Below are positions 24,325 to 35,796 of a DNA stretch of 64,000 bases, one piece after another. The stretch is from Amoebophrya sp. A120 (lineage: Eukaryota; Protista; Dinoflagellata). The notes beneath the pieces were generated by a model. It did no database searches, was not told the origin of the DNA, and saw nothing but the letters and a program-made list of their open reading frames with translations. The DNA is taken from the NCBI GenBank assembly GCA_905178155.1, contig CAJINV010000004.1:4876619-4940618 (forward strand), written 5' to 3'. The translations under genes were made by a program, and so were the position numbers. The stretch's first letter is position 1, and every line of letters begins with the position of its first letter.

Positions 24325-27300
24325 TCTGGGCAGGTGTGGGTGTCGCCATGCGCTCGATCTGTCGTCTCTTGGATCAATTTCACCGGTTACAGGTAGTTTC
24401 TTGCTCTGAAAAACTAAAACGCCGGCGATACCTGCAGAAGTATGCGACATTCTTCTACCTCCTGATAAAAAGTATCATTCTATTCCCATGGAGATTTCAT
24501 TGTCATGCAGATTGAAGCACAACAACATATTCACCTCCGGTACCAAGAAACTAACAACGACAAGGCTCCCGCTGCGAACTTTGAGGGTTCACTTTGTGCT
24601 GTGTGTTTTCCGTCGGAAGAAAAATCATGTCGATCAGCGTGAACATCCATTCTTCTGGTAAGTCCGTATATGCTTCTGAATACATAAAGCTGCATTCCAA
24701 GCAAGGGATTTTTCTTGGCGGGTGCAATCACAAAAGAGCGCCACTCTTTCTCTTTACATACATATCACAACTCAATGATAGTCGAGATCGCACCTCCTTC
24801 CCATCGGTAAGCGTATTTGGTGTACTGCGGGTTACGCGAGAAAAAATCTTGTTCCGGGTATAACGCAAACAACTCTTACAGTTTTGACCGCGTATTTCAA
24901 AGCGATAGCTATTAGCACAATGCCACGCATCAATGCAAGATAGCTCCTTGTTGCACTTGGCAACCGCACGGGCTTTCTCCTGCAGATTGCTAGTCCTCGC
25001 CTTGCCCCTTTTACTTAGTCGCATTGCACCTGTTTCCAGAGCTTCTGAGCCACTATCGGTACTGAGTTAAGCAGGTCTACACAGCGGTCGGTATTTTAAG
25101 AGCTCGCTTTGACATTGATCATTTTTTGGTTGAGATTGCGTGTCTGTTCGCACATATGCAAATGTAAAGCATGTTTATATTTGTAAGTAGTTAAAAATCT
25201 GAAGAGTTATTCATGGCATATCTTGTGGTGCGGAATCTTGACCGATTCACCTTCTTTGTTTGTCTTGAGGTAATACAGAACCTTCGTCAATTCCGCAGCA
25301 TACTGGTCGTTCAAAATATTCATGTCATTGTTGCCTTCACCAAGGGCCGCGAGGGTCCCGTTCTGAAGCGCTCTGAGTATCTCGTGGAAGACCTTGTCGA
25401 CGACCTGCAAGGAAGAATATTAAACAAGATTTGTGAACAAGCGCACGAATACCCTTTGTGCATTGATCTTCGAGCTGCACGCGAGGGAAATATCAAAATA
25501 ATAAAAATATCCTTTATCCGTAAAAAAAAATAGACAAGAGCGTTATGGTCACTTTCTTTCATAGCGACAAGAAAGTGATTTGCATCATCCTCATCACCTA
25601 GCTGGGCCAGGGTACTAGAAATAAAATATAAATATATGTGACATCGCCTCACAAGTGATTATATTGATACTCAATGAATTTTCTTGAACGAGTACGAGAC
25701 AAGGAAAACGCGACGAGCCAGAAAATGAAAATGTAAGATGAGCTACAACATCATTCACATCATATAGAAATACCTCGTTGAATTGGACTCTTGCGACCAC
25801 CACTTCTGTCCTGAATTTGTCTTCGTTGAATTTCTCCGGAGTCGGACCGCCGTACGATGCGTCCCTTACCAGGCGCTTCAAGGTCTGGCCCATGTTATCC
25901 ACAGCAAAAAAAAACACCCCCATCCATATCGTGCAAGACAAGCACAGGAAATTGACTGTGACTTTCCCTTTCTGCACTTTCTCCTGCATGACAAAATTGT
26001 AATTGAATGTCGGTGGGTTCGTGTTTTTTTGAAGATAGGCGGGCAGCGACTGTTGGTACTTCACGATCTCCTTGTGCGAGATACTCACTAGCATTATGGC
26101 CTGAAAATGCGGCCACAGACCACACGCAGAAGATCACGATCGAATTTAAATTGAAAGTGGCCGTGTCCATGTCCACAAAAGAAAAAAACTGACCAATGTT
26201 GTGTGTATCATTTTGATTTTCGCTTTTAGAAAGATTGCAGTTTCTTCTAGTATCATGCATGTGCTGGAAAAGCAAATCAAATCCCAGCACCGCATCCTCT
26301 TTCGCTGCAAAAAAGTCAATGTAGTGCCATGCTGTAAATTTCGCGCGCCCTTGTCACAAGAACGTGTTGGCTACACAATTGGGCGTATTTGTGCGTGTCC
26401 TCCAAGCGTGTGAATGCGTCGATTTAAGAGCGTAAACCCCATCAGCGTGCTGAAACGTATTGGCCCATGCTTGTTGACCAACATCTGCTTGGCGGACTTC
26501 CCGAGTATCATCAGGTGATGGCACAGATTCGCCCTCCCTCTCTTTAGCAATAGCTCGGTCTCATCTTGCTGGGAGAGGAGCTCGCCAGGCCTATAGCCCA
26601 TCTCCAGCCCTTTTTCTTCCTCTGCCATCTTTTACCTACTTAAACACAGGCGGTGGAGCCGGCCGTGGCTTCGCTTTTCGCCACTATAGAAGTGCAGGCT
26701 TCATCAAAGACAAAGACGGGCAATAAACTCTTGCTACAATCGCAGCCGGTATGAAATGTGATCAAGAAACTTCATTACGGAGACGAGTAAATACGCCTAC
26801 GAAAGAACAAAGAAAGAAAAATACCAACACTCACGCACCCTCCATAATGTTGATAGCGAGGAGGTGGTAAATGTGTCATCAGCTTCAACTGATTGTGATC
26901 CAAGGCCAAAGAAGTGGTCTTCCAAGCATATTAGTGTAGTTTGTCTCAGTTTAAATTTCATTTCCGTCCGAGAGCAAAGAAATAAAAAAACTAACATCAG
27001 GGTGAAGGACAAGAAAATGAAAGAATCAAACGCCAAGTGCTGCAGTCATTCACACAGAATCAGAAGAGAAGTAGCTCTACCTAGGCACACAGACGCCTTG
27101 TAATTGTATACATCAAAATGGAAAAAAAATAAAAATTCGTACTGCCCCCCTGCAGGAATTGGCGCGCACCCTTACGTATGGCCTTTTCTTCTCTCATGAA
27201 CACCTGTTTTTTTACGCTTGTTGGATGCATCCAATTAAACCTCAAATCAGAATCAAATCTGGCTTCACTTTTCGATGTTATCATCTACATCGAAGCTTTG

Positions 27301-29923
27301 CTCAAATGATTTCGATTTTGTCGTTCCCACGATGAAGTAGATCGTTTGTCTTTACTTCCAACCAGCCCTGGTGATCTGAATCAGCTGATGCAGATAGTAT
27401 GCTCATCCAACTCTTCAGCTACTACATACATGCTGGTGCGTGAGTTTTGGTGAATAAACGGTAAGGGATAAAAATCTTGCAGCTTTTCGTGCTGTTGTCC
27501 TGCGCACCAGTGCTATCACTTAAATTTCTTCGGACTCTGTTTTAGATTTACGAAGCGGGCCGCAATATCCACAGGCGAGTTTCCTGAAAAAGAAAACCTC
27601 GTAAGCAATCTCTCCAACTTTGCAAACGTACTTGATCTGAGGTTAAGGTTCCCACTGCCCATCATTGCGCGTGCGCGGATGCCGGCGGTGCTGCTGCTGG
27701 TGGTGCCTCTATTCACATCACTGAGTGACGACGCAATGCAGCAGCCCGGTGCGTACCAGAGTCGGCGAACGCCAACTGCCTCCACTTTGTAGCAATCTAC
27801 TATAGACCTGCAACGCAGGCAATGCAAACGAAAAGCACGACGGACCCCTACCTTGTCATGATGTTACTTATATTTTGACAAGCGATCATCCATTGTGTCT
27901 TGTTTTTGTAATCTTCTTTCTTGTCTTTTCATCCCCTCGCTTGCTCGACACGCGCGCAACAGCGCCCAGGTGGGGCTGCCTGCGGATCGCATCTTATGGC
28001 CTCACCCTCTCAACACCAGCGTCTCGCTCTCATAACACATCCGGCAGGGCACCATCGCGCCCCTGCCACAAGCTAGAGTTGAGGCTTCGCTTGGGCCCTT
28101 CGCCTTTGCTCAACTTCACATCCCCAGGTCGCTCAATCGCCTTACGCTCAATGACTAAAATGCAATTAAGCTGAGCTGCGGAAGGCGCATCGACTTGGAC
28201 CTCGTTAGCTGCCGTCGCAGTGTCGCAAAATGTTCCTCTAGTGCAAGTGCTCGCCCCGCTCCTTTCTCCCCTCTTATGCCCATGCACATCGCAAGAGGAG
28301 GTACGTACGCCGGAACAAAAAGAGGCGCAGGGACCTGGATACGCGAGAAGCGAGCCGCCCCTTTGGGTCGCGGCGACGTAGTTGTCTGGCCTGGTTAGAC
28401 GTGTCCACGGAAAACATGCCTTGGGGAGTCCAGGATCATAGTGGAAAATGGGGGCCCGACTGCCCGCGCAACGACAGCGACGGAGCGGAAGGATACCCAG
28501 GGGGAGGTGGGCGAGGCCTATCCCGGCAAAGCAACGAAAGGGCCCCGGGCGTCGCCCCCCCCGCGCCGCAGTCGAGTCCGGCAAAGACATCAACCGCGCG
28601 GCCCACACGGGCCGCAGCATGTGCCTGCGCGCGCTATTCACGGGGCGCAACGGCTGCGCCACCTGTGGGGCCTAGCTTCCTGGCCCGCCGCGCTGGCTTG
28701 GCGGTGGCGCTGGCTTGGCTAGCTCGCTCCGCTGGGTGCACAAAGCACAGCCGGCAAACCACGGGGCTGCAATGCTGGCCCCGCCGCTGGCGGCCGTGGC
28801 GCGGTCAGTAAGGGCGCGCAGGCGCCGGCCGAAGCGCCGGCCGGCCGGCCGCCGGTTGCAGCACAAAAGCGGGCGGGGGGCGCGCGCGATGGGCTTGCCC
28901 CATGCGGCGCCGCGCCGCGGTGGCCTCCCAGTTGGCAGCGCCGTCCAGTGGGTCCTCACTAGTATGAGTTCGCCGCGTCCTGCTGTTCTTTCATCTCTCG
29001 CACAGTGGGAGAACGTACCTGACAGCGCACACGTCGGGGCAGACGATGCCGAAGCAGTGCCAGCGGCCTCCCGCTGCCGCTTGGTGGCCTGCTTTTCGCT
29101 CTCTCCCCAATGGCCGCCATGAAGCCGCGACCCAGGCGCAGCGCCCAACTCGTCGCCGCTGTCCGTCGACATAGTCTTCGATCTTTGTTTCTACGCAAAA
29201 GCTGAAGCTTCATGTAAAGTAAACGAAACCAGTGGCAGAATTACTTCTGGAAGGAACAACAAAGAACAAGAAGGGCAGCGATCACGTTGACTCTCCTCCC
29301 CAGGCTACGCAGGTCAATCTCGTGCTCTCAGAACTTTGTTTTCCACGAATTCGTATCAGCCGTTTGCTATTCAAAATTCCCACCAAAGATCACGTCGCGA
29401 CATCACATGCACATACTAATAGGGAAATTCATGAGAGTGACGCTTTTGAATAGGGAGGCTGCGTAGACGTTGAATAGTGTGGCGAGGAATTAACGCTCGG
29501 GCTACGCCAACCTGGCTAAACTTTCACGAATCAACAAACAAATCAAGTTCCTTTTTTCGTGCAGAACCTGCACTCACTCTTGTTGATGGTAGACGAGGGG
29601 GCACTTTTGGTTCGATACCTCAGGATGCACGAGCACGTCAAGCTCAAACAAGAACAACACACTTGTTAAGTAGTGCTTGTACTTACAGCGTTCTTCCAAT
29701 CGTGTTGAAAAAGACCACCAAGAAGAACGGCCGAACGAAGGAGGAAGCACGAGCTCAGCTCTCGCCCGAAATGCATTCCACGTAAAAATGACCTGCGAGT
29801 GCAGCTCTGAAATGGGAATGGTGGCGTAAAAATGAAACTCTCGTGTGTATCGATGTCTTGCAGCCAAAAAAATCTGTCGAAGTTTCTTCATTGTGTTGAA
29901 TCAATTGTGCTGGACTCTTTCCT

Positions 29924-32900
29924 TTACATTTGCTTCGCCGTCAACCACCTCTCCGCATCCAATGCTGCTTGTGCTCCACTTCCAGCGGAAGTAATAGCCT
30001 GACGGTAAACCGGGTCCGCGACGTCGCCCGCTGCGAAAAGCCCAGGGACAGTAGTTTGCGTTGCATAAATCCCAGCTGAAGTAGTAGATGTCTGCCCAGC
30101 GTGTTGAAGTCCACCTGCTGTTGACAAATACCCCTCGTGCTTCCCTTGAAATCCCACCTTGCCCTGCAGTACACCCGTGTTTGGCTGGTGGCCAATCGCG
30201 ACAAAAGCCGCATCGGCGTCGAGCAGTTTCCGGTTGCTTTCCGTACTTTGTGCCAACTCCTCCGAAAAAATCTTCGTACTTTCAATCTCCACGTTGCTCA
30301 GCGCGCCGCCAGTTAGCGAGAGAAACTTGACCACCCGGCTGTTCCAGTGAATTTCCACCTGGTTCTTCGCCACCGCGGCGTGCACCCGACCGCTCAAGGC
30401 CTTACTCGCTCGGTGGAAGGCGTCTCGACGGTGAATTATTTTCAAGGGGAAGGCGCAGACCCGGAGTAGAAAAAGCGCCTCCTCCATGGCAGTGTCGCCA
30501 CCGCCGATCACAACGCACTTTTTCCCGCGGAACAGAAACCCATCACAGGCAGCGCAGGAAGAAATCTGATTTTCATTTTGATTATTTTGTAATTGATATA
30601 TCCAGCTCCTGAACGATATTCATATCAGTCACATAGACCGGACCAATGTCATATGTTGCATATCCTGGTTACTTATATGTAAAAAATCAGTACTCCCTTC
30701 CCTCGCAGTTCGTACTCCCCCGGTACGTTGAGCCAGCGGCTAGCAGCCCCAGTGGCGAAGATGACGGAGGAGGCCGAGACCTTCAAGAGCGTGTGCGAGG
30801 TCGTGTTTTTTTCCGCCATGTCCTCATACCGAAACATGTCTGACGTCAGCGACGCGGCTTGGTCTACCGTGCCAGCAGCGCCGCTACCCTGCACCTCCAA
30901 TGCATTCGTCAGTTCCTTTTGCAGAGGTATGAAAGGAAAACGAAAAACCCAAGTTGGCACGACGGGATTGAATAATGCGTATTTCACGTAAAAAAAGGAA
31001 AATGTTTGGTTGTAAAACTCATATTTCATTTTTGGAGTTACCAGAACCAAAGTGCGGAAGTTTAACCCAGTGCAAGGCTAGTTTTTCGCTTTCCTGCATA
31101 GCAGAAACTTCGAAACTCGTACCACTTCCGGCACTTCCAGGTACAGTGATGTCGTTACAGTATCCGGTGAGAAACCGCACTCCAAACGCTTCCGCCTGGA
31201 GCCGCATGTCCGACACCATCGCGACACCCGTGGTCCGCTCCAGCGCCGGGTAGTTTTCCACGTCCACGCCTTTGCCCATGAGCTGCCCAACGTGGGTGAA
31301 CTTGGGCGCGACTACCAGCGGGCAAAGCCCCGCCCTCGCAGCGTAGAGCGCAGCGGCTAAACCCGCGGGTCCGGCCCCGATGATGAGCACTTGCTCGACG
31401 GCATTACCAGCTTGCGCTGATGAAGTAGAAACGCCTTGCAGCGAAGAAGATGTCGCTGTCCCCACTGCAATCGCGCTGTCCTGCAGCTTGTGGTCATTGC
31501 CGCACTTAAAAGGGTCGGAAGCTGACGTTGCAGAAGTAGATTCAGTCTGTGATACAACGTGTTCCGCCCGGTACAGCGCTCCTTTGAGGTCATACTGGTC
31601 CTGCTGTAGTTTCGTTGCGCGTGTGCGGATCTCGCGTCGCAGCGCCTTCAGCGTTTTGGCGAGGTCAGCGTCAGAAACTTTTCCCAGCTCCAAGGAGCCA
31701 GGAGAAGCACCCGTCACGGCTGCGGCGGCGGGCGTACCTTGTTTTCGAAATATTCCAGCACGATTTTTTGAAATAATTGGTAAGATGTATCTTTCTCCTC
31801 GCGGCCCTGAGCTTGCTATGATACGCTCCCCGCCAAACCAATGCGAAAAGTTGAAGTTCATGATCGTGCAAAGTCGCGCTTCGCTACAGTAAACTGTCTT
31901 CCCAAGAAGATGAATCCGCTTTATTTATACCTTTCCCTTCCTGCATGGACATTGCTTTTTGCACACCTGCACCTCCTGTAACTGGGGCCAAGTTGCCTAA
32001 TTTACACGCCTCTTCGACCATTCTCTCCAGCCCCGCCGTGTCTGCACCGTCGACCACCAAATGCGGAATGACGGCGTTACCAACCACCGCACGGAACGCC
32101 GGTAACCCTTGCACGCCGAACGCGTCTCCAACATCGGGCACGGTTTGTACGTCAATGTACAAAAACTGGATTTTTTCCGGGCCGTACTTCGTCCGGAACT
32201 TTTCCGCCAACAGCTCAAACACCGGCGCCATCAGTGTGCAGAAACCGCACATCTCACTCCCGAAATTCACGATGCTGACCATGCTGCCCCCGTTTTTCTG
32301 CACCAACTGCACAAAGTGATCGGAATTTGCCGCGTACACAATGTTCACAGACGAGGGGGGCTTGACGCCAGGAGCGGCGATCGAGCCTGCTCCAGGGCCT
32401 TGTTCTGCACCTTGTACTGCGGGCGGCCCGGCGTCCTCCCTCCCGTAGCACTGCTTTCTATGTTTTGCGTCAGGTAACGTGGCCCATTGCTGCGCGTCGA
32501 TCAGAAGGACCTCTAGAGATTGCGACGCGTGCCACTGCTCGTACGGCGGAACGGTGTTTTCCAAACATCCCGCTGCGACCCACAACTTCGCCCAACAGTC
32601 GGGCCCGACGTTGGTAGCGCGCGGCAACAGACCCGGGCAGGGGAGGTCAGCAGCGGATGCAGCTGGGCCGGCGGGTGAACCAAGGCCGGGGAAGAGCGCG
32701 CCGGAAGCAGGTGATGGTGGTGCGGCATTACCAGGGTTGACGTTGCCGCTTAGCTGTATTCCGTTTGGTGTATTGGGCGCTCCGGCGCCGAAAGACGATG
32801 GCAATGGCGGTAGGTTGTTCATCGCCAGAGAGGCATGGGCAGACCGAATGCAGCAGTGGGGTATTATTCCTGCTGCTGCAGTAGCCATGCAGCGAACCAC

Positions 32901-33122
32901 ACGGGACATTTTTGCCGATCGACGCTGGAGCCATTTTTTGTTGTCCTTGCAAGAAGAAGGCCCCCGTGAGGGAGAGCTTGACTCTCCCCAGCACTCGGTC
33001 ATGGTCGAATACGTTCTCGGTGGCAGGACCGAATGACTCAAAAATGGATGATGAACAGATTTGGGGCTGCTTTTCAACACGTTCAAGATTTTTCGGGAAT
33101 GCCTATCTATCGATCTACGCAA
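29924..33122 (-). CDS. trxB: Fusion protein: N-terminal extension + thioredoxin domain (CGFC) + low-MW NADPH thioredoxin reductase (CAAC)
   Basis: IIGAGPAGLAAALYAARAG, VENYP, IFATGA, ISSCAACDG, VIGGGDTAMEEA, HRRDAF, FVAIGHQPNT and FAAGDVADPVYRQAITSAGSG. GT-AG introns 31930..31738, ~31066..30916 and 30693..30566 keep the frame. Start codon uncertain. Confidence 0.88.
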
Positions 33123-33759
33123 AGGAAAACACTACCACGTAGGTATAAAAAAACAGGTTTTGAAAAAAGCAAGATTTAGGCTGATCTTCGTTCAAACACA
33201 GAGCCAGCACGCTTCTGTTCTGCTTCTGTCTGACTGCGACACGTTCCAGATACGCACACGGGACGAAAGACGGCCTTCTTACATACACTGACACGACAGG
33301 CCATCGCTTGCACCAGTAACATCTGTGGAACATGCAATGCATGTTCACCTTTTACAACACAAAAAAAAAAGAAGAAATTTTGACGCGGAATCGGAAAGAA
33401 CTGAACACGAACAACAAGTGTTAGGCCCAAACTGATTATACCGACGACCGGGTAAATCAGCCCCTTGCGATTACAAAGACGAGATCCACATTTGCATATA
33501 ATTCAGAGACATGGTAATTCTCTTGTTCTTCGTGGAAGTGGATCTTCACTATACTGGAATTTCCAAAATTTGGTCTTGCTCTCGGTCGCAGGTGAAGCCG
33601 CATTCTGCTAGAAGTACACTTTTAATTTTTTTTTTTGATTCATCCTCTTCATCATACAATTGCGATTTACAGTGAAACAAGGTTGGGTAGACCACAGCCG
33701 GCTCCTGCCTGAGGTCGCATATCACTCGGAATCCGCCACCAGGTAAAAATCTAGATCTA

Positions 33760-35796
33760 CTAGTACTTAGCTGCTTTTGCCAGCACGGCGCAGATGGTGT
33801 CCATGTTTTTCTCCAGCACCTTGGGAAGCATGCCGGACTCTGCAAGCATCTGCGCGAGCGGATCGTTTTGGCCGTGAGGTCTAGGCTTTGCTTTGAACCG
33901 TTTCCGGAAGATGCGACCCATTTCCGGATTGCGGTATCCACCTGAAAAGCATCCTACTCGTAATATGGCATACAACAACAACATTGCTGCAGTACTGCAT
34001 GACAAATTTCCTTTCGCGCCTAAATGTAAATCAGTAGAACTAGCAAATACAAATTCACAATTTGACTTCCCCCCTTGAAGAAAGTTGCAATGCAAGAATC
34101 ACTACCAGTAAGATGCTCTTGCGGTGGATATGCGATTCGTGGTTACAACGGTTGCGTACTGGTTGTTGAGATTGATCGGCGCGAACAGCCGCGTACACGC
34201 ATCGAAGGGCTGCATGGAGGAAAGCTGCGGACGCTGCTTATGCAATACAAATTTCCCGCACATGTACAAAATGCATGACGAATTTCGCTAATTTGGAGTG
34301 TCAAACTTGTCATGCTAAACTAGGATCGAAGCCAAGTTTTGTCATGCAGAGACCGCGTCTGCACGTGTACTGGAAAGTTACTGTGGATACTGCTTGAAGG
34401 AATTGGCCTTCATGGACTCTATCAGACCGTCCATCAGCCCATCATAGGTCAGGTGCATGGGGTCGGTGGTTGTCAGAATCTCGACCAGTGAGGTAGTGAG
34501 GGCGCCGCCGCGCCGGCCGTAGCGGTCTTCGCCGCCGTCGGACGATGTGGCGTGGTCTTCGCAACCGGAAATCATCTGGTTTTTGGGTCAGTATTGTTTA
34601 TACGGATAGGGATGAAGTCATGTAGTACGTGTAGTACACGTTCCCGTTTTTTTAGAGATATTTTGTGCCTGTAGGTCGTCGTGTAGTGACACTGTCATAG
34701 CAGTCCTTATCGACTCTAGCTCTACTTGACCTGAAGATCAAGAAACATGAGAAGCACACTGTAAAGATTTGTTTATGTTTTACGCAAATATCCGGTCTGC
34801 AGAAGAAGGGGTTCGTTTCCTCCTGCCACTCATTGTTGTGCCTCACCCACTTCCACGGCAGATCCATAGCCGTCCCGCTGTGACAGGCGTCAATGATGCA
34901 GGTGAGGCTGACGCCTTCCGTATTCCGTGAAAATTGACCATCCCCATCCACTTTGTGCATGACAAACTACAGAGGACTCTACGCCTACCTCTATGGATGT
35001 TTTGCATGACAAACTGGATAGGGATGGTTAATCTTCAGGGGGTATTCCGGCATCCGCTGCACCAGCTTCTCGAAGATGATATCATCGGTGACCATGCCAC
35101 TGCGCTGAAAATCCAGTGGCAGGAGCGTGTCGTTCATGCCGTCTTCTTCAAACCCTTCAGGATCTTCCTGTTGCGACCCGTGTCCGGAGTAGGCCATGAA
35201 GAGCGTGTCGCCCGGCGCCGCGCCGGCTGCGAGCCAATCCATCTCACGCAGAATGTTGTCGTGGGTGGGGGGAGCTGGGGTTAGTGTCAGCAGGGAAGAG
35301 GAAGTAACAAGAAGGCATACTAATGCAGATGCAATAACGATAGCGACGCATAGGTAAAGGAAATTATAGACGATAAAAGTAAATGTGATTCCCATCATTT
35401 ATTTGCTCTTCTACGGACATAAGAGATTTCTAATTTGCGAAGCAACCAGAATCAATTACAATTGTTTGCTGTCAAATAAAACAAACGCATTGTACTTCCA
35501 TCCTCGGTCAAAACGTGGAGCGAGTTTGGGTGCCAGCCAAACCTTTCCGTGAGCACCGAGTAGATGTTGTGTACGTCATTGATGCACCCCTTCAACTCCG
35601 CTTTTGTTCCCCGGTAATTGATCCCAATCAGCAAGCCCTTGTAGCGGCCCGGCGTGCAGGATCGGTAGCCCTCGGTCCCGTCGAGAGCAGGGAGGGCGTG
35701 GACTCGCTTTCCAAGCGTTCCTTCGTCCCCGCTCGCGTCACTGTCCCCGTGGCCTCCACCTCCACCACCGCCGAGACACTTCATCAACTGTTTCAT
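33760..35796 (-). CDS. Metacaspase (caspase-like C14 peptidase)
   Basis: KGLLIGINY, LKGCIND, YSGHG (catalytic His), DACHSG (catalytic Cys), MISGCED, GGALT and KQRPQLSS. Contains canonical introns plus two TA-TIR elements. Confidence 0.9.
34239..34389. mobile_element. TA-TIR intron element family A (151 bp)
   Basis: TSD CTGCT on both sides; removal restores SFKQ-RPQLSSMQPFD; homologous to 61547-61700. Confidence 0.92.
34921..35044. mobile_element. TA-TIR intron element (124 bp)
   Basis: TSD TTCCG; 30-bp TIR with 24/30 matches; removal restores QRMPE-GVSLTCIIDACHSG; two GCATGACAAA motifs. Confidence 0.93.

Noticed and set aside
28030-29172. Overlapping Arg/Ala/Pro-rich ORFs as genes (also 36453-38321)
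   Set aside because: Stop-poor GC-rich DNA yields ORFs in all six frames with no motifs.
34921-35044. Tc1/mariner MITEs with TA target duplication
   Set aside because: A separate 5-bp direct repeat lies outside the TAs, and the frame is restored when both TAs plus one repeat are removed, so TA belongs to the element.
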